A stretch of DNA of 64,000 nucleotides, from the NCBI RefSeq assembly GCF_030144855.1, contig NC_082734.1, positions 12,400,001 through 12,464,000 of the forward strand, read 5' to 3'. Of this stretch, positions 38,588 through 50,775 are shown piece after piece; position 1 is the stretch's first letter; each line of letters opens with the position of its first letter. Both the position numbers and the translations under genes were made by a program. The notes beneath the pieces are model-generated. The model searched no databases. It was not told where the DNA came from and was given only the letters and a program-made list of their open reading frames with translations. The stretch comes from Hypanus sabinus (lineage: Eukaryota).

Positions 38588-39308
38588 TGTAACCCTGCTC
38601 ACCGTTATCTCTGGCTAACCAACAGGGGATTCAACAACGCACGGATAACGGTGAGACAAGTAACGGTGAAACAGCACAAGTTTAAGGTCGGAATGATTCA
38701 GGTTCTACACAAACAGGAAAGCTGGAATGTTCCGTTTAAGGGATCGAAAATTATAATGAATGCTGCAAAATACTGTCCCATGCAAAAGTTAAAGTTCTCC
38801 AGAAACTTGCACCAGCATAAACTTAATGTGGAAGTACATCAACTTTAACAGTTAACAGGGAAAAAAGCCCATTACAGTCGATAATGTGCACTTCAAAGTT
38901 GGAGCTCGTTGCTGGGTAGTCGTGGGTTTCGCTTTAATTACTCACGATCCGCGTGAAAAGCACCAGGCACGACTCAAAACTTTCCTCAAAGTCCGTTACG
39001 AACTAACTAGCCAGCTCAGGAGTATTTGGTCTTCCTCCGAGGAGCCTTTTCTCTGCACAAAGACCCATGCCGCCAATCTCCTATCCAATCCCATTGTACA
39101 GAATGTTACCAGGACAAGCCCCAAATACTAATACGACTTTCCTATAAACTAATCAAACGACTCCTTAGATTAGCAGAAAGCGAAATACTGGACTGTAAAG
39201 TTTGATTAACACTAAACACTGCGTTTTACAAAAAACTTCAGTAAAAAATATACTCAACAGCATAAGTGCAGTAATACAATAAAACATGCTCCTAACCAGG
39301 GAATTACA
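38588..39308 (-). repeat. 5' LTR of the Gypsy element
   Basis: TGTAAC...TTACA termini, adjacent PBS, colinear similarity to 33401-34235. Confidence 0.8.
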
Positions 39309-39399
39309 CATAACTTTTTAAAATAACGGGGTTTCTCCATCTCAGAAACGTCACTGCAGATCACCCAGCATGCCCCGGTGCTGAAGATACGGCGCCCCC

Positions 39400-39550
39400 G
39401 CGATCGCGCTTTGCCTTTCTCAATCGGACAGTTCCACCGGCTTCACTTCCGCCCTAACTCGCCGTCACTTCCTGCCGTGCGCTGGTGCTTAAGCGACCCC
39501 GTGGCCAGCCCTAGGTCTCTTTCGTCAGCGTGCGGCGCTCGAGATGGCGG
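39400..39550 (+). promoter_or_regulatory. RPS11 promoter and 5'TOP motif
   Basis: CpG-rich. ETS/GABP-like CACTTCC at 39444 and 39466, pyrimidine tract CTCTTTC 39517-39523 (TCT/TOP initiator), YY1-like AGATGGCGG over the ATG. Confidence 0.8.
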
Positions 39551-39558
39551 ACAACCAG
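39544..39558 (+). CDS. RPS11: RPS11 exon 1 (MADNQ)
   Basis: ATG GCG GAC AAC CAG|GT just after the TOP motif; 15-nt coding portion. Confidence 0.9.
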
Positions 39559-39747
39559 GTACCGGAGGGCGGCGGGCCTAGAGGCCTGGCCCGGGGCAGA
39601 GGCTTCGGCAGTCGGGGGTAGCGGGTGTGAGGCTGGACGGTCCTGGGGGTGGAGGATCGCGACTGGGAGAGGAAAGCGTGGGAGCGTGCCGGCGTCCCGA
39701 GAGCGGTTGCCGGGGCCGTAACCGCTGCCTTTTGCCTCCCTTCACAG

Positions 39748-39879
39748 ACCGAGCGCGCCTACCAGAAGCAGCCGACTGTCTTCCAGAATAAGAAGCGCGT
39801 GTTAGCGGCTGAGGGCGCCAAGGAGAAGCTGCCGCGCTACCACCGCAATGTGGGCCTAGGCTTCAAGACCCCGCGAGAG
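39748..39879 (+). CDS. RPS11: RPS11 exon 2
   Basis: [37 protein letters not shown]; AG/GT boundaries, 132 nt. Confidence 0.97.
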
Positions 39880-39953
39880 GTGAGCCCCGGGCTTGTGGCT
39901 CTGTCTTCGGGCAGGGGGTGGTTGGGAGAGGGGAAAAGCCGAGGTGCCGGGCT

Positions 39954-40033
39954 GCAAATGATGGTCATTCTCACGATGGTCTTCCGAATCTCTCCGGGAT
40001 GCTGAAGACAACGCCTAATGGCTTCACTGATGC
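39954..40033 (+). ncRNA. SNORD35: Box C/D snoRNA SNORD35 (U35) homologue in RPS11 intron 2
   Basis: Box C-like ATGATGG 39958-39964. Guide TCTCACGATGGTCT 39969-39982, complementary to 28S AGACCGTCGTGAGA with one G-U. D' CCGA 39984-39987, box D CTGA 40027-40030, terminal stem GCA/TGC. RPS11 is a known U35 host. Confidence 0.9.
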
Positions 40034-41508
40034 GCCTCTCTGCACACAGAGATACCGGAGCAGCGCTCTGAGCCTTGATCCGTCCTTCAGAAACCTGGAG
40101 GCTGAGCTGGATCTCGTTGCCGCAAACCTGCTCGTGACTTTAAAACTGAAATCTAGGGTCTCGGCCCGAAACGCCGAGAGCGCTTCTCCCTATCGATGCT
40201 GCCTGGCCTGCTGTGTTCCACCGGCATTTTGTGTGTGCTGCTGTTTGAATTTCCAGCATCTGCAGATTTCCTCGTGTTTGATCTGAAAGCCGGGATGTCT
40301 GCTTTGAGAAAATGCTTCCTTCTCTTCTCTCCCCCCCCCTCCCCATTATAACATGCTGGTGAGATGGCATGTGAACTTTGCTTTCGCCATCAAATACATT
40401 GCTGGGTGACCTGACTCTCAGCCCTTGCTAGCAAAAATCTGTATGTCTTAAATATCCAAAGATAATGTCAGTCCTTTGAAAGAGTTTCAAAGACTCAGTG
40501 TTAAAAGTGTGAATTCACTAATTTTCTATATAACTGAAGAATATTTTTGCTGCTTTTTAATTCCTCTCAATAAACAGTATCTTTCTTAGCTTTATAATTT
40601 GCATACCAGCCATCCGCAAATCTAGATGCATCTGCAGCCTGGTGTTCATCTATTGCCATTTACTCCTAATGTTTTGTAACAAATTTTTTTGTTATGTAGT
40701 TTTTGTTTTTATTTAAAGATCCAGTGTGGAATAGTCCCTTTCTGCTGTTCGACACCTGCCGCCAGTACCCACTAATTTTAACTCAACAGCTCTTTTATCT
40801 TCCTATTTAACCCATCGCATTATCTATATTCTCATTGTGTGCTTTCCTACCTATTTATCAACAAATTGCCATTGGTGCCTTCATCCTATTCATTAATATA
40901 TTACTGCATAAATTTTAGATGAGCTTTGAGTAAACATCATGACTTGCACTAAGCATGTATTGTCAAACATAGAACTGCACAAAACAGTGGTGAATTAAAA
41001 CATTTGCCATCATCTCATCAAATGGCAGTCATGAAGGGCTACAAGACCTGCTCCTCTTGTGCAGATGGTGTGAAGGTTGGTGATGCTCTGGTTAGATCAC
41101 ACCTGGAGTTTTGAATTCAGTTTTGGTCTCTTTATAGGAAACACATAAAAGTTTTAGAGATGGTACTGAGATTTGTCAGGATGAGGTCACATGTCAAAAG
41201 AGGAATGGTTGAGTGAGCAAGGACTCCTTTCTTTGGAGTGTAGCAGGATGACCAGTAACTTGATAGAGGTGTATAAGAGACAATGATAGATAGTGGTAGT
41301 ATATATCTTACATAAGCTACTGGAGAAACAAATTAGTATCTGATTCCCTTGTTATTCCTCTCCATAGATGCTGCTTGACGTGCTGAGCATTTTGTGTTGC
41401 TCTTGATTTCTAGCATCTGCATAACAGAATCTCTTGTGTTTATGATTCCCTAATGCACTCACTTCATAACATCACCCAGTTGTGTAATGTGTGATCCTTT
41501 GTTCCTAG

Positions 41509-41619
<111 letters not shown>

Positions 41620-42186
41620 TGAGAAAGTAGTGGCTCCCATGCAAGCTCTGTAGTAGGACAATTGAAATGGGAGGTTTGTATGGGAAGTTATTTGGTAGTG
41701 ATCATTTTTCAGTCCTTCAGTTATTGCTTGTACCTGGGAAGATTTACGGTGTAGATACTGTGCCGTGTTGAAATGGTCAGATTGATTGAAGTTGCTGGTT
41801 TGGTGATTACACTTGCGACCCACACTGATGCTGTGTGTTACAGCGTGGGATACAAATAAGGTCAAATATAAAAGTGCTGTGTAAATGTATTCTTTATATT
41901 GGTTTTGTATTTCTATTGTGGGGGATGTTTTCTGGAATATTTGGGTTTCAAAGTTCTTTTGTGAAATCTTGTCCAACTTTGCAGCATTATAAATAACGGT
42001 TGATGTTAGTGGAGAAGAGATACGGTGATTGTTTAGTGTAATTTTGTCCTTTCCATCATTGGGTTGGGAAAGAAAGTCTGAAACTAATGGGTTGTACAAA
42101 GTAATTCCGGTCTTGCGATTTTGGCTTGTATCAAGTGTCAGTCAACTCTTGGGTTCTGGGTACATGGTATTATTCTGTAAGGATGA

Positions 42187-42414
<228 letters not shown>

Positions 42415-42928
42415 TGAGCTAACATCCATATCCAAGGAGGAAATGCTCTCTCTGGCTGCATTGCTCTATTTTGTTTTCAACTGCTACTCCTTGTTTATTG
42501 GTCAGGTACTCAGGGCACTTCTGTACTGGGAGTGGTTGATGGAAGGAGAGGTCCTTTGCTGAGAGGAATCTTGTTAATTCCACGGACCATAGAAGAATGT
42601 TAGTATCAGCTGGTTTTTTAACTAACCACAAGTTGCTGTGCAGTCACCCAAAGGGTCCATCAGCTCAAACTCAACTCTTTCGTTTTCTCTCTTAGCCCCC
42701 TTGCCCAGTGTTCTACAGAGAAGCTATGTGAATATGGTAGTGTGGGAGCTGATTAAAAATCTTTTGCTGGCACCACACGCGGTGGTATAAATCTGGACGT
42801 TGGCAGCTTTGGGGGAAATGGTGTTTGCATGGGTTGGGATGTGATAGCCAGCTACCCTGGTGGTCCTGCTGGTGTGAGATTATGGCTAAGCAAGTGGCCC
42901 GGTCCCTCCACCTGCTCTTCTGCAGTAG

Positions 42929-43153
<225 letters not shown>

Positions 43154-43180
43154 AGGGTAGTTGTAATGTAAATCATCTAC

Positions 43181-43186
43181 AATAAA
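43181..43186 (+). terminator. RPS11 polyadenylation signal AATAAA
   Basis: AATAAA 27 nt after the stop codon. Confidence 0.8.
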
Positions 43187-43355
43187 GTCTTTGTGAAAAT
43201 ATGTCACTTGGTGCCAGCATTTCACTGAACTACAGATTCTGCTAGTGTTGAGGAAAGGTGGGGGGGGGGGGGGGATTGGCCCCAGATTAACTGAGCTACT
43301 TGTGGAATACAGTGTTGGCAATTGAATTGACTCAATATTCAGATGTCAGGTGCAG

Positions 43356-43361
43356 TTTATT
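43356..43361 (-). terminator. Probable DHDH polyadenylation signal AATAAA
   Basis: TTTATT on the plus strand about 170 nt past the DHDH stop codon. Confidence 0.6.
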
Positions 43362-43528
43362 GTGATGATTTGATTACATCATACGATCTTTCTAATCTGG
43401 TTGCCTATTTCAAGACAGACAAAAAATCTATGTAATGGACAGAAGTGTGCACATGTGCAAACATTGGTTCCTGTGCAGTTTGAGTCAGACATGGCTCTGT
43501 AATGGCACTGGTGTCAGCATTCTTATTT

Positions 43529-43638
43529 TCAAGCTACGTCTTGACTGTATTCCACCCCAAGCTGCTGTCGAACCTCATCCAAAATGCTCATCACCAGCTC
43601 GCTGTCAGCCAGTGTCATCTGGGAATTTTCCTTCAGTC
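43529..43638 (-). CDS. DHDH: DHDH exon 7 (to stop); exons sum to 1005 nt = 334 aa
   Basis: GLKENSQMTLADSELVMSILDEVRQQLGVEYSQDVA-stop; all intron phases consistent. Confidence 0.92.
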
Positions 43639-43949
43639 CTGCAAGTGAAATAACAGAAAAACTATTGCTTTCAAAATAGCACTCGTGTTCCTTCCTGTGA
43701 GCCACAGGGAGCATTGACTCTAGCCAAAAACAGAAATGTTATCTCAATGACAATGCTCCCCATGGTAATAACATTGATTTGTTATCCTACCCCACTCCCC
43801 ACTGTTACCATCAAACCACTGGAGTGGTAATCTGACAGGCAGTCCATAAACACCCCCCTACCCGTTAGAGCAGTTAGTTTCACTGGGTATCCTGAAGGAT
43901 GGGTAGGATGTTACATGGAACTGGTAAGTGGTATTTGCATGCGTCTTAC

Positions 43950-44100
43950 CTTTCTGAAGGCACCGCCGTACTTCCTCTGCCTCGTACCTTAGACCAATAC
44001 TGTTGGTGAAGTTGAGGGGCTGAGATGGAGTCAGCAATGGGAACTCCTCTATGACTCCATTGACCATGAGACTTGTGGGGCACCACATGTGGGTTGGCAC
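43950..44100 (-). CDS. DHDH: DHDH exon 6
   Basis: VPTHMWCPTSLMVNG..LNFTNSIGLRYEAEEVRRCLQK; 151 nt. Confidence 0.92.
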
Positions 44101-45023
44101 CTTGGAACAAAGACATGTCATTGAGCAGAATACAGCTTTCTAGTGTAGGCCACAGCTTGAATAGTGTAACAATCATGTTCTCTTGGAAAGGCATTGTTGG
44201 TCAGTGCACCTTTTGTGGGGGAGAGGGAGCCTGTCTATGATTTTAAGAGGCAACTAAATATATTAATGAGCATAAGGTATTGATGTAGCTTGCGTGAATT
44301 CAGTAAGATCTTTGACAAGATCCACATTGGAAGGCTGATTCGAAAGATGAAAATCTCGGAGAAATTCAAGACAAGTCGCCAAATAGGATCAATATTGGTT
44401 TGGTAGTGGGACAAAGTGGATGGGGGTTACTTTAATGACTGGAAGCCAATGACCCTGCTGGTAATGACAGGATGTAGTGATAGCATGTTTGACTACAGAA
44501 TAAGGAGTAGCAAGCTGAGAAGGACAGTGGTAAATGGAACCCAATTCTTTAGCCCATCACCTCTACTGGGGCAACAGCAACTTGCAAAAGTCCTCTATAA
44601 CTGGCCAGTCTTCCAAATTGTCCCCAGATGTAGCCCATCTTCTAAGATTCTTTCTGTCCCAGGGTGGTGGTCTCCAGAGCTTCTGCTGGTGTTTCTGTAG
44701 CACTGGGTTTTTACGGTTGCTACCCCCTGCCCAACCGTCCTTTCAATATCTCTGCTTGGGACAGTTCATGGTGGAGTTTTATACATGATTGACTGGTGTG
44801 AGGTAATGTATTTTGGGAGGTCTAATAAGATAACAGTGAATGGTAGGGGCCTAGGGAACATTAGGCCAATCAATGTGTTGTCGGCAAATTTAATTAGATT
44901 CGAGCTGAGGGTGGCTGCAGGAATGGACGTCAAACCTCTACAGTTGCTGCTGTCGGGCTCTACAGTATTGAGTAAAAATACCACAGATCTATCATCAAAA
45001 GCAAGGTAAGGGCAAAGAATTAC

Positions 45024-45148
45024 CGTGATTATGCCCTTGGTACCACTGATAACTGCCTGGTTAGGAAGGTGTGTTGCCATAGTTGCAGTTAATATAGCCA
45101 TGCGTTTCCTGGAGTACTTCAGTACGATGTTCACTGTTTCATCAATAC
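45024..45148 (-). CDS. DHDH: DHDH exon 5
   Basis: GIDETVNIVLKYSRKRMAILTATMATHLPNQAVISGTKGIIT; CTGCAG acceptor, GTAATT donor, 125 nt. Confidence 0.92.
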
Positions 45149-45238
45149 CTGCAGTAATACAAGAGGAAAGGGGCATTTGTAGAGGCTTTCTGAAGTGATG
45201 GGTTTTGGACTGTGTCTCATAGAATGGTTCATACTTGC

Positions 45239-45491
45239 CTTTCTCAGTGAGGAATCCTGTAGCATGAATGGAATCTGGCTTCTCACCATTGAAAACCATG
45301 CAGGCAAACTGTACACAGTAGCAGCCAATATCCAGGAGTACTCCTCCACCCAACTCTTTCTCCACCACTCGTGGAGTCTCCAGCATCCAAGTGCCAAATT
45401 CAGCTCTCATCATTTTAACCTCCCCCACGTGATTCTCAGATAGTAGACAGCGAATCTTCTTGTAGACAGGGAAAAACCTTGACCAAAATCC
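45239..45491 (-). CDS. DHDH: DHDH exon 4 (ends at a GC donor)
   Basis: GFWSRFFPVY..EKELGGGVLLDIGCYCVQFA..GFLTEK; donor AAG|GCAAGT; 253 nt. Confidence 0.9.
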
Positions 45492-46264
45492 CTGTAAAAC
45501 AATTGAGGACCAGGGCCCACACAATGTGTTGCTTTTTAAAAATATATAAATGTGATCTTAATTTAGTCAGTAAAATTGTTTGCTTAAAATGTACAACTCT
45601 CAAGCATGTGTAGTTAGAGCCCAAAGCTACAGTGTCAGGTGTCTTGGGTACATAGTCCTCTTGGATTCCAAGATGACTTTTTGGAGTTTCCAACATTCTG
45701 GGATATTAGCTCAAAGCAGATGTATATTAAACACAATTTGTGATGATGAAAGGACTGTTGCAAATGCAGAGCTTGGCATAAATGGTTTTACTACTGTAGA
45801 GGGAGCTTTAATATGTTACTGAGGTGAGGGCAGTGCCTGGGCCAGAGTGCAAGGCTGAAGGCATATTGAAGCAGTAGGGCCTTGTGTCTGAGGACAAGGA
45901 ACAACCCAAGGTGTGAACAATTTAAGCACCAGACGAGATTGAAAAGGTCAGGGTGTTGGGCCAAAAGAGGGACAGAACAGAACAGTTGGCGAGCTTCACT
46001 CGTCTGAACTGTGGCCTTAACTGGTTCTGAGAGTGGCTGTGCTTGGCTTCATGGCTGTGGATTCCTGTTTGTGAACTTCAGTTCTGAGTGTTTTTTGCTT
46101 GCACTATTTGGATTTTTTTGGCACATTGTTTTTTTTTATATAATGGGTTTATTTAGTTTTGTGGTTGCTTGTATGGAGATGGATCTCAAAGTTATACATA
46201 AACATTGATAACAAATCCACTTTGGACTTTCACAAACAAGAGAAAATCTGCAGATGCTGGAAAT

Positions 46265-48227
46265 AAGACCATAAGACATAGCAGAATTAGGCCATCTGGC
46301 CCATCAAGTCTGCTCCGCCATTCGATCATGGCTGATCTTTTTTCTATCATCTCAACCCCAGTTCCCAGCTTACTCCCTGTAAACTTTGATGCCATGTCCA
46401 ATCAAGAACCTAACAATCTCTGCCTTAAATACACCCCATGACCTGGTCTCTACAGCTGCCTGTGGCAACAAATTCCCCACCCTTTGGCTAAAGAATTTTC
46501 TCCGCATCTGTTTTGAAAGGGCACCGCTCTATCCTGCAGCTGTGCCCTCTTGTCCTAGACTCTCCCACCATGGGAAACATCCTTTCCACATCTACTGTCT
46601 AGGCCTTTCAACATTCAAAAGGTTTCAATGGGATCCCCCCCTCATCCTCCTGAATTCCAGCGAGTACAGACCCAGAGCCAAACATTCCTCGTATGATAAC
46701 CCTTTCATTCCTGGAATCATCCTTAACCTCCTCTGGACCCTCTCCAATGTCAGCACACCTTTTCTAAGCCCAAAACTGTTCACAATATGCAAGGTGAGCC
46801 TCATCAGTGCCTCAGCCTCACATCTTTGCTCTTCTATTCTAGACCTCTGGAAATGAATGCTAACATAGCAATTGCCTTCCTCACCACTGACTCAACTCGC
46901 AAGTTAACCTTCAGGGTGTTCTGTACAAGGTCTCCCAAATCCCTCTGCATCTCAGATTCCTAGAATTTCTCCCTGTTTAGAAAATAGTCCACACGTTTTA
47001 TTTTCTACTACCAAAGTGCATGACCATTATAACATTATACTAACATTCCAACATTATATTTCATTTACCACTTGTCCATTCTCCAAAATCCTTCTGCATT
47101 TTATCTGTTTCCTCAACACTACCTGCCCCTCCACCAGACTTCGTATTGTTACACCTGTGCCCCAACTCAAAGGGTACAAAGAAGCCCCCTCCTTTTTGAG
47201 AATTGCAAGATCGCTATTAAATCAGGTCAAGAGACCCAGGAAATGAGAGAAAGACATGCAGAATCCACAAAGGGGTTTGGAATGTCCTGGCCCCTCAGCG
47301 ATACAAAGCCACGGGAAACGGCCATTGTCTCTTGGAGACGGAATTGTGTATTGAGTACTGTACTTCATGGAAGCCCTGGGAATGAGCAACGTGGGCTGGT
47401 TGGGGGATGGCATCATTCCAACCTGATTGACATCTGAGATCCTGTGAGTAAGGATAAAATAAGGTCTGGGGAACCACTCCTTTAGACGCACCAGAAGAAA
47501 TGCTAGAAATCCTGTAAGCGTAATAGCACAGCCGGTGGAAAGCCCACGTGCGTCCTTTTCCATTTACCTCAGAATTGGTGGGCCTTACCACGGAAGAATG
47601 AGTTTAGCTAAAACAAAGGAGAAATCAGCCCCAACGACTCTTGAAGGATTGACATCATAAAAGGAATGGGCAGGTTTTAAACTTTCTCTCTTACTCCAAC
47701 CAAAGGCTGCAGCCTGCATGAACTAGAGTGACTTTTATATTTCCATCGGACAATACATTATCCCCTAGACAACGACAGAGCTATTTCTTAGTGATTATTA
47801 TTATACCTGTGCTTTTAGACTTAGTAGTGATGACGTATATTATCTGTTTGTTTGCTTTGCTATTTTTTGTGTGTTTTTATTAATAAATACTGTTAAAAAT
47901 AGTACCATCAGACTTCAACGGACCTCTCTATCTTTGCTGGTAAGTGACCCAGTTACGGGGTATGTAACAGTATCTTCTGCAAACTTGGCCACAAAGCCAT
48001 CTATTCCATCATCTAAATCATTTATATACAGCATAAAAAGAAGCGGTCTCAACACTGAACCCTGCGGAACACTAGTCACTGGCGGCCAACCAGGCAAGGA
48101 TCCTTTTACTCACGCTCGCTGCCTCCTTCCAATCAGCCAATCCTCTGTTAGTAACTTTCCTGTAATAATACCATGGGCTCTTAACTTGGTAAGCAGTCTC
48201 GTGTGGCACCTTGTCAAAGGCCTTCTG
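46265..48227 (-). mobile_element. CR1-like LINE 3' portion, interrupted by the solo LTR
   Basis: VTSVPQGSVLRPLLFMLYINDLDDGIDGFVAKFAEDT RT motifs; CR1-type 3' tail. Confidence 0.85.
47147..47969 (+). mobile_element. Solo LTR inserted into a CR1 LINE in DHDH intron 3
   Basis: TGTTAC...GTAACA inverted termini, 4-bp TSD GTAT (47143-46 and 47970-73), internal AATAAA at 47882; the CR1 RT motif KFA.DTK.GG is split by the insertion. Confidence 0.88.
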
Positions 48228-48450
48228 AGCAACACACACAAAATGCTGCCTGGCCTGCTGAGTTCCTCCAGCATTTTGTGTGTTGCTGCTTTGACAGTGT
48301 GGAAGGGACTATAATTAACCTTGCTGGGAGTGTTTAATGGGAATTAATAGTATCACTTTTTCTTCATGCATGCCTGACTGAAATGGGAAATAATTTCCAG
48401 CTCCATCTGGTCTGTTCTTATCAGCAGTTGCTATCATGAAGTGCACTCAC

Positions 48451-48614
48451 CTCCATGAGGAAGCAGTTGCAGGCTCTGGCTGTACGCACCAGCTTTTGAA
48501 CATCTCTCAGATTCATGGCCATGGGCTTCTCACAGAGAACATTCTTCCCTGCCTGAAGCATGAGCAAAGTCATGTCCAGGTGCTGCGTGTTAATGGTCCC
48601 CACGTAGACAACAT
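48451..48614 (-). CDS. DHDH: DHDH exon 3
   Basis: DVVYVGTINTQHLDMTLLMLQAGKNVLCEKPMAMNL..FLME; contains the CEKP family motif; 164 nt. Confidence 0.95.
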
Positions 48615-49033
48615 CTGTTAATTAATTCATTCATTGTTACTTTGTGGGGAAAAACCTCCTTTTCTCCCGATCCACAGGCTAAAGTTATTCAACCTGAGCA
48701 GGAACACCAATATAGAATGTCCCAATGGCTGCAGTTTTAAGTGGCAAGGCCTGTAAAAGTCCCATTGATAAGGTCTGACCACCGGTTATTTTATACTGAA
48801 AATGCAATATCTCTGCCTAAGTGGGTGAAGCTCAACACTAGACCAGGGGTTCCCAACCTGGGGTCTACAGGCCTTGGTTAGTAGTAGTAGTCCACGCCTC
48901 AAAAAAAGGTTGGGAACCCCTGCTCTAAAAACTCAACACCACCCCAGACAAATTGTCAGTGGCACCCCTTCTGCCAGCCTGTAAGTGTTTCTTCCACCAC
49001 CAGCACACCATTGCTGCAATATGTAGTCTCTTA

Positions 49034-49911
49034 GGCTACATCCACACTATGCAGGATAAATCCGTAACCAAAGCTTTTTCTCTTCGTTTTTACCCTCCGT
49101 CCACACTAAAATGGTGTTTTCGTCCCCTGGAACCAGAGCTTTTCAGAAACGCTCTCCAGGGTGTGTAATTTTGAAAACACTGCTTGGGCAGATCAGTGTG
49201 GACAGCGTAACCGAGACTTCTGAAAAAGCTATCAGACAGCAGTGCGTTATTTCATTGTTTTCTTGAATGCAACCTAACAATTTCAGAACAGACAGCAAAG
49301 AGACTGAAGCCAGAAGAGTTAGAAATGTACTCACCAAATACTCTGACCCATAACTTACTGAATAAATAAATATACTGTACTCACTTTGCCCTGTTTTCTG
49401 TCCTTGCTGTTATGAAGGTGGTTTTATGCAAGTACTCTGACAATAGATGTGTAACAGCCTAATGTAACATTGTAAGGAAATACAAGATAATACTGATGCG
49501 ACATGTTTTATACATCTAACAAGGTGCTTTATTAATGCAACAGAGTTAGTCAGTTTTTCAATGTTCGTCGTCAGCCGGGTCAATCTGTCCGTGAACTCTG
49601 TCGGTTGCCGCCGTACGCTCCAGTATTTGTTTTTTTTTAGTTTTAAGTTCTCCTGCGTGAGAGCCAACAGCTGTCCGTTGTTTTAAGTTTTTCTAGTCTG
49701 TAACTTACACAAACGCGCACTTTTACGGCGAGATTCGACACCAAACGTGTCGCTTGTTTTCGTGGATGTGTCCTGCGCAGGAGAGGAGATTCGCTGAAAT
49801 CTCCATTTCAGTGTGGATAGAGATATTTCTAAAAACGCATAGTGTAGACGCCTGTCGTTTTTACTCGAAACCGGCGTTTTCAAAATTATCCAGTCTAGTG
49901 TGGATGTAGCC
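49034..49911. mobile_element. PIF/Harbinger-type non-autonomous DNA transposon in DHDH intron 2
   Basis: Perfect 16-bp TIR GGCTACATCCACACTA / TAGTGTGGATGTAGCC; 3-bp TSD TTA on both sides. Confidence 0.88.
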
Positions 49912-50663
49912 TTAAAAAGCTGTTGCACTTGTGTGCCCTCAACTACCCATCAGGGTATGGTGATCACACACATTTCCAATGTATATGGGTCAGTTTCTTC
50001 ATCCTAGCTTCATCAATGTTCTGGCTTTACTTTTCTATTCTAGCAGCCTTGAAATGAATGCTAACACTGCAGGCGCAGGGGCAATAAACACAGGCCCACT
50101 CAGCGAAGATAGAACAGTACAGCACAGGAGCAGGCCCTTCGGCCCACAATGTTGTGCCGAACCAGCGAAAGTATATCAAAACCCCTAAAATCTAATCCCT
50201 ATCCCTCCATATGACTATCTAAACATCTCTTAAAAGCCTCTAATGCATTTGCCTCTCTACTGAATGAATAATTTACCCCTCACCTTCAATGCAAACCCTC
50301 TGGTATTTGACATTTCTACCCTGGGGAAAAAGATACTGGCTATGTCTCTCAATCTTACAAAGCTCACTCAGATCTCCCCTCGGCCTCCAGGAAAAACAAC
50401 CTCTCGTGATAGCACATGCTCTCTGAACCAGGAAGCGTCCCTTCTGCACCCTCCCCAAAACCTCAACGTCTTTCCTGCAGTGGGGTGCCCCGAACTGAAT
50501 GCGTCTTAAAAAAGTTGCAATGTAACCTCTAGCCTTTCAAACTCAGTGCTTCGACTAATAAAAGTGAGCCTTCTCAAACATCCTGAATGGGGCAGGGAAG
50601 GAGACACCTCGTTAAACTCCAGCGCCCTCTAAGGCACAAGGCCCACATCCCGGGATTTCTTAC

Positions 50664-50775
50664 CTATATTGGGATCGTTCGCCAGCTCCTCGTACGAACC
50701 GTAGTATTTCGGGATTTGGTGTCGCTCTGCAAAGTCCCGAGATCGCGAAAGGTCCCGGGTGGCCACAGCAACTGC
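50664..50775 (-). CDS. DHDH: DHDH exon 2
   Basis: [37 protein letters not shown]; CTCAG acceptor, GTAAG donor, 112 nt. Confidence 0.93.

Larger units (their letters stand above)
33401..39308 (-). mobile_element. Decayed Ty3/Gypsy LTR retrotransposon with PNMA-like gag; RT core deleted
   Basis: 5'LTR 38588-39308 (TG..CA). Degenerate tRNA-Pro-like PBS TGAGGGCTTCGTTCTGGGAT 38564-38583. Frameshifted gag 37155-38465 (PNMA-like N-terminus, CYNCGEDGHFKQEC knuckle). Protease start ~36900-37100, RNase H LHTDSSREGLGGVLY 36471-36674, integrase remnants ~35200-35960, PPT 34236-34252, 3'LTR ~33401-34235. Confidence 0.88.

Noticed and set aside
43154-44400. MIR150, which lies just downstream of RPS11 in human
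   Set aside because: I saw no TCTCCCAA(C/T)CCTTGTACCAGTG match on either strand. Partial look-alikes at ~42686-42710 and ~58899-58921 lack the seed. This was an eye search only.
44766-45524. 252-aa single-exon ORF
   Set aside because: It is DHDH exons 4 and 5 plus read-through of the in-frame intron and flanking intronic sequence.
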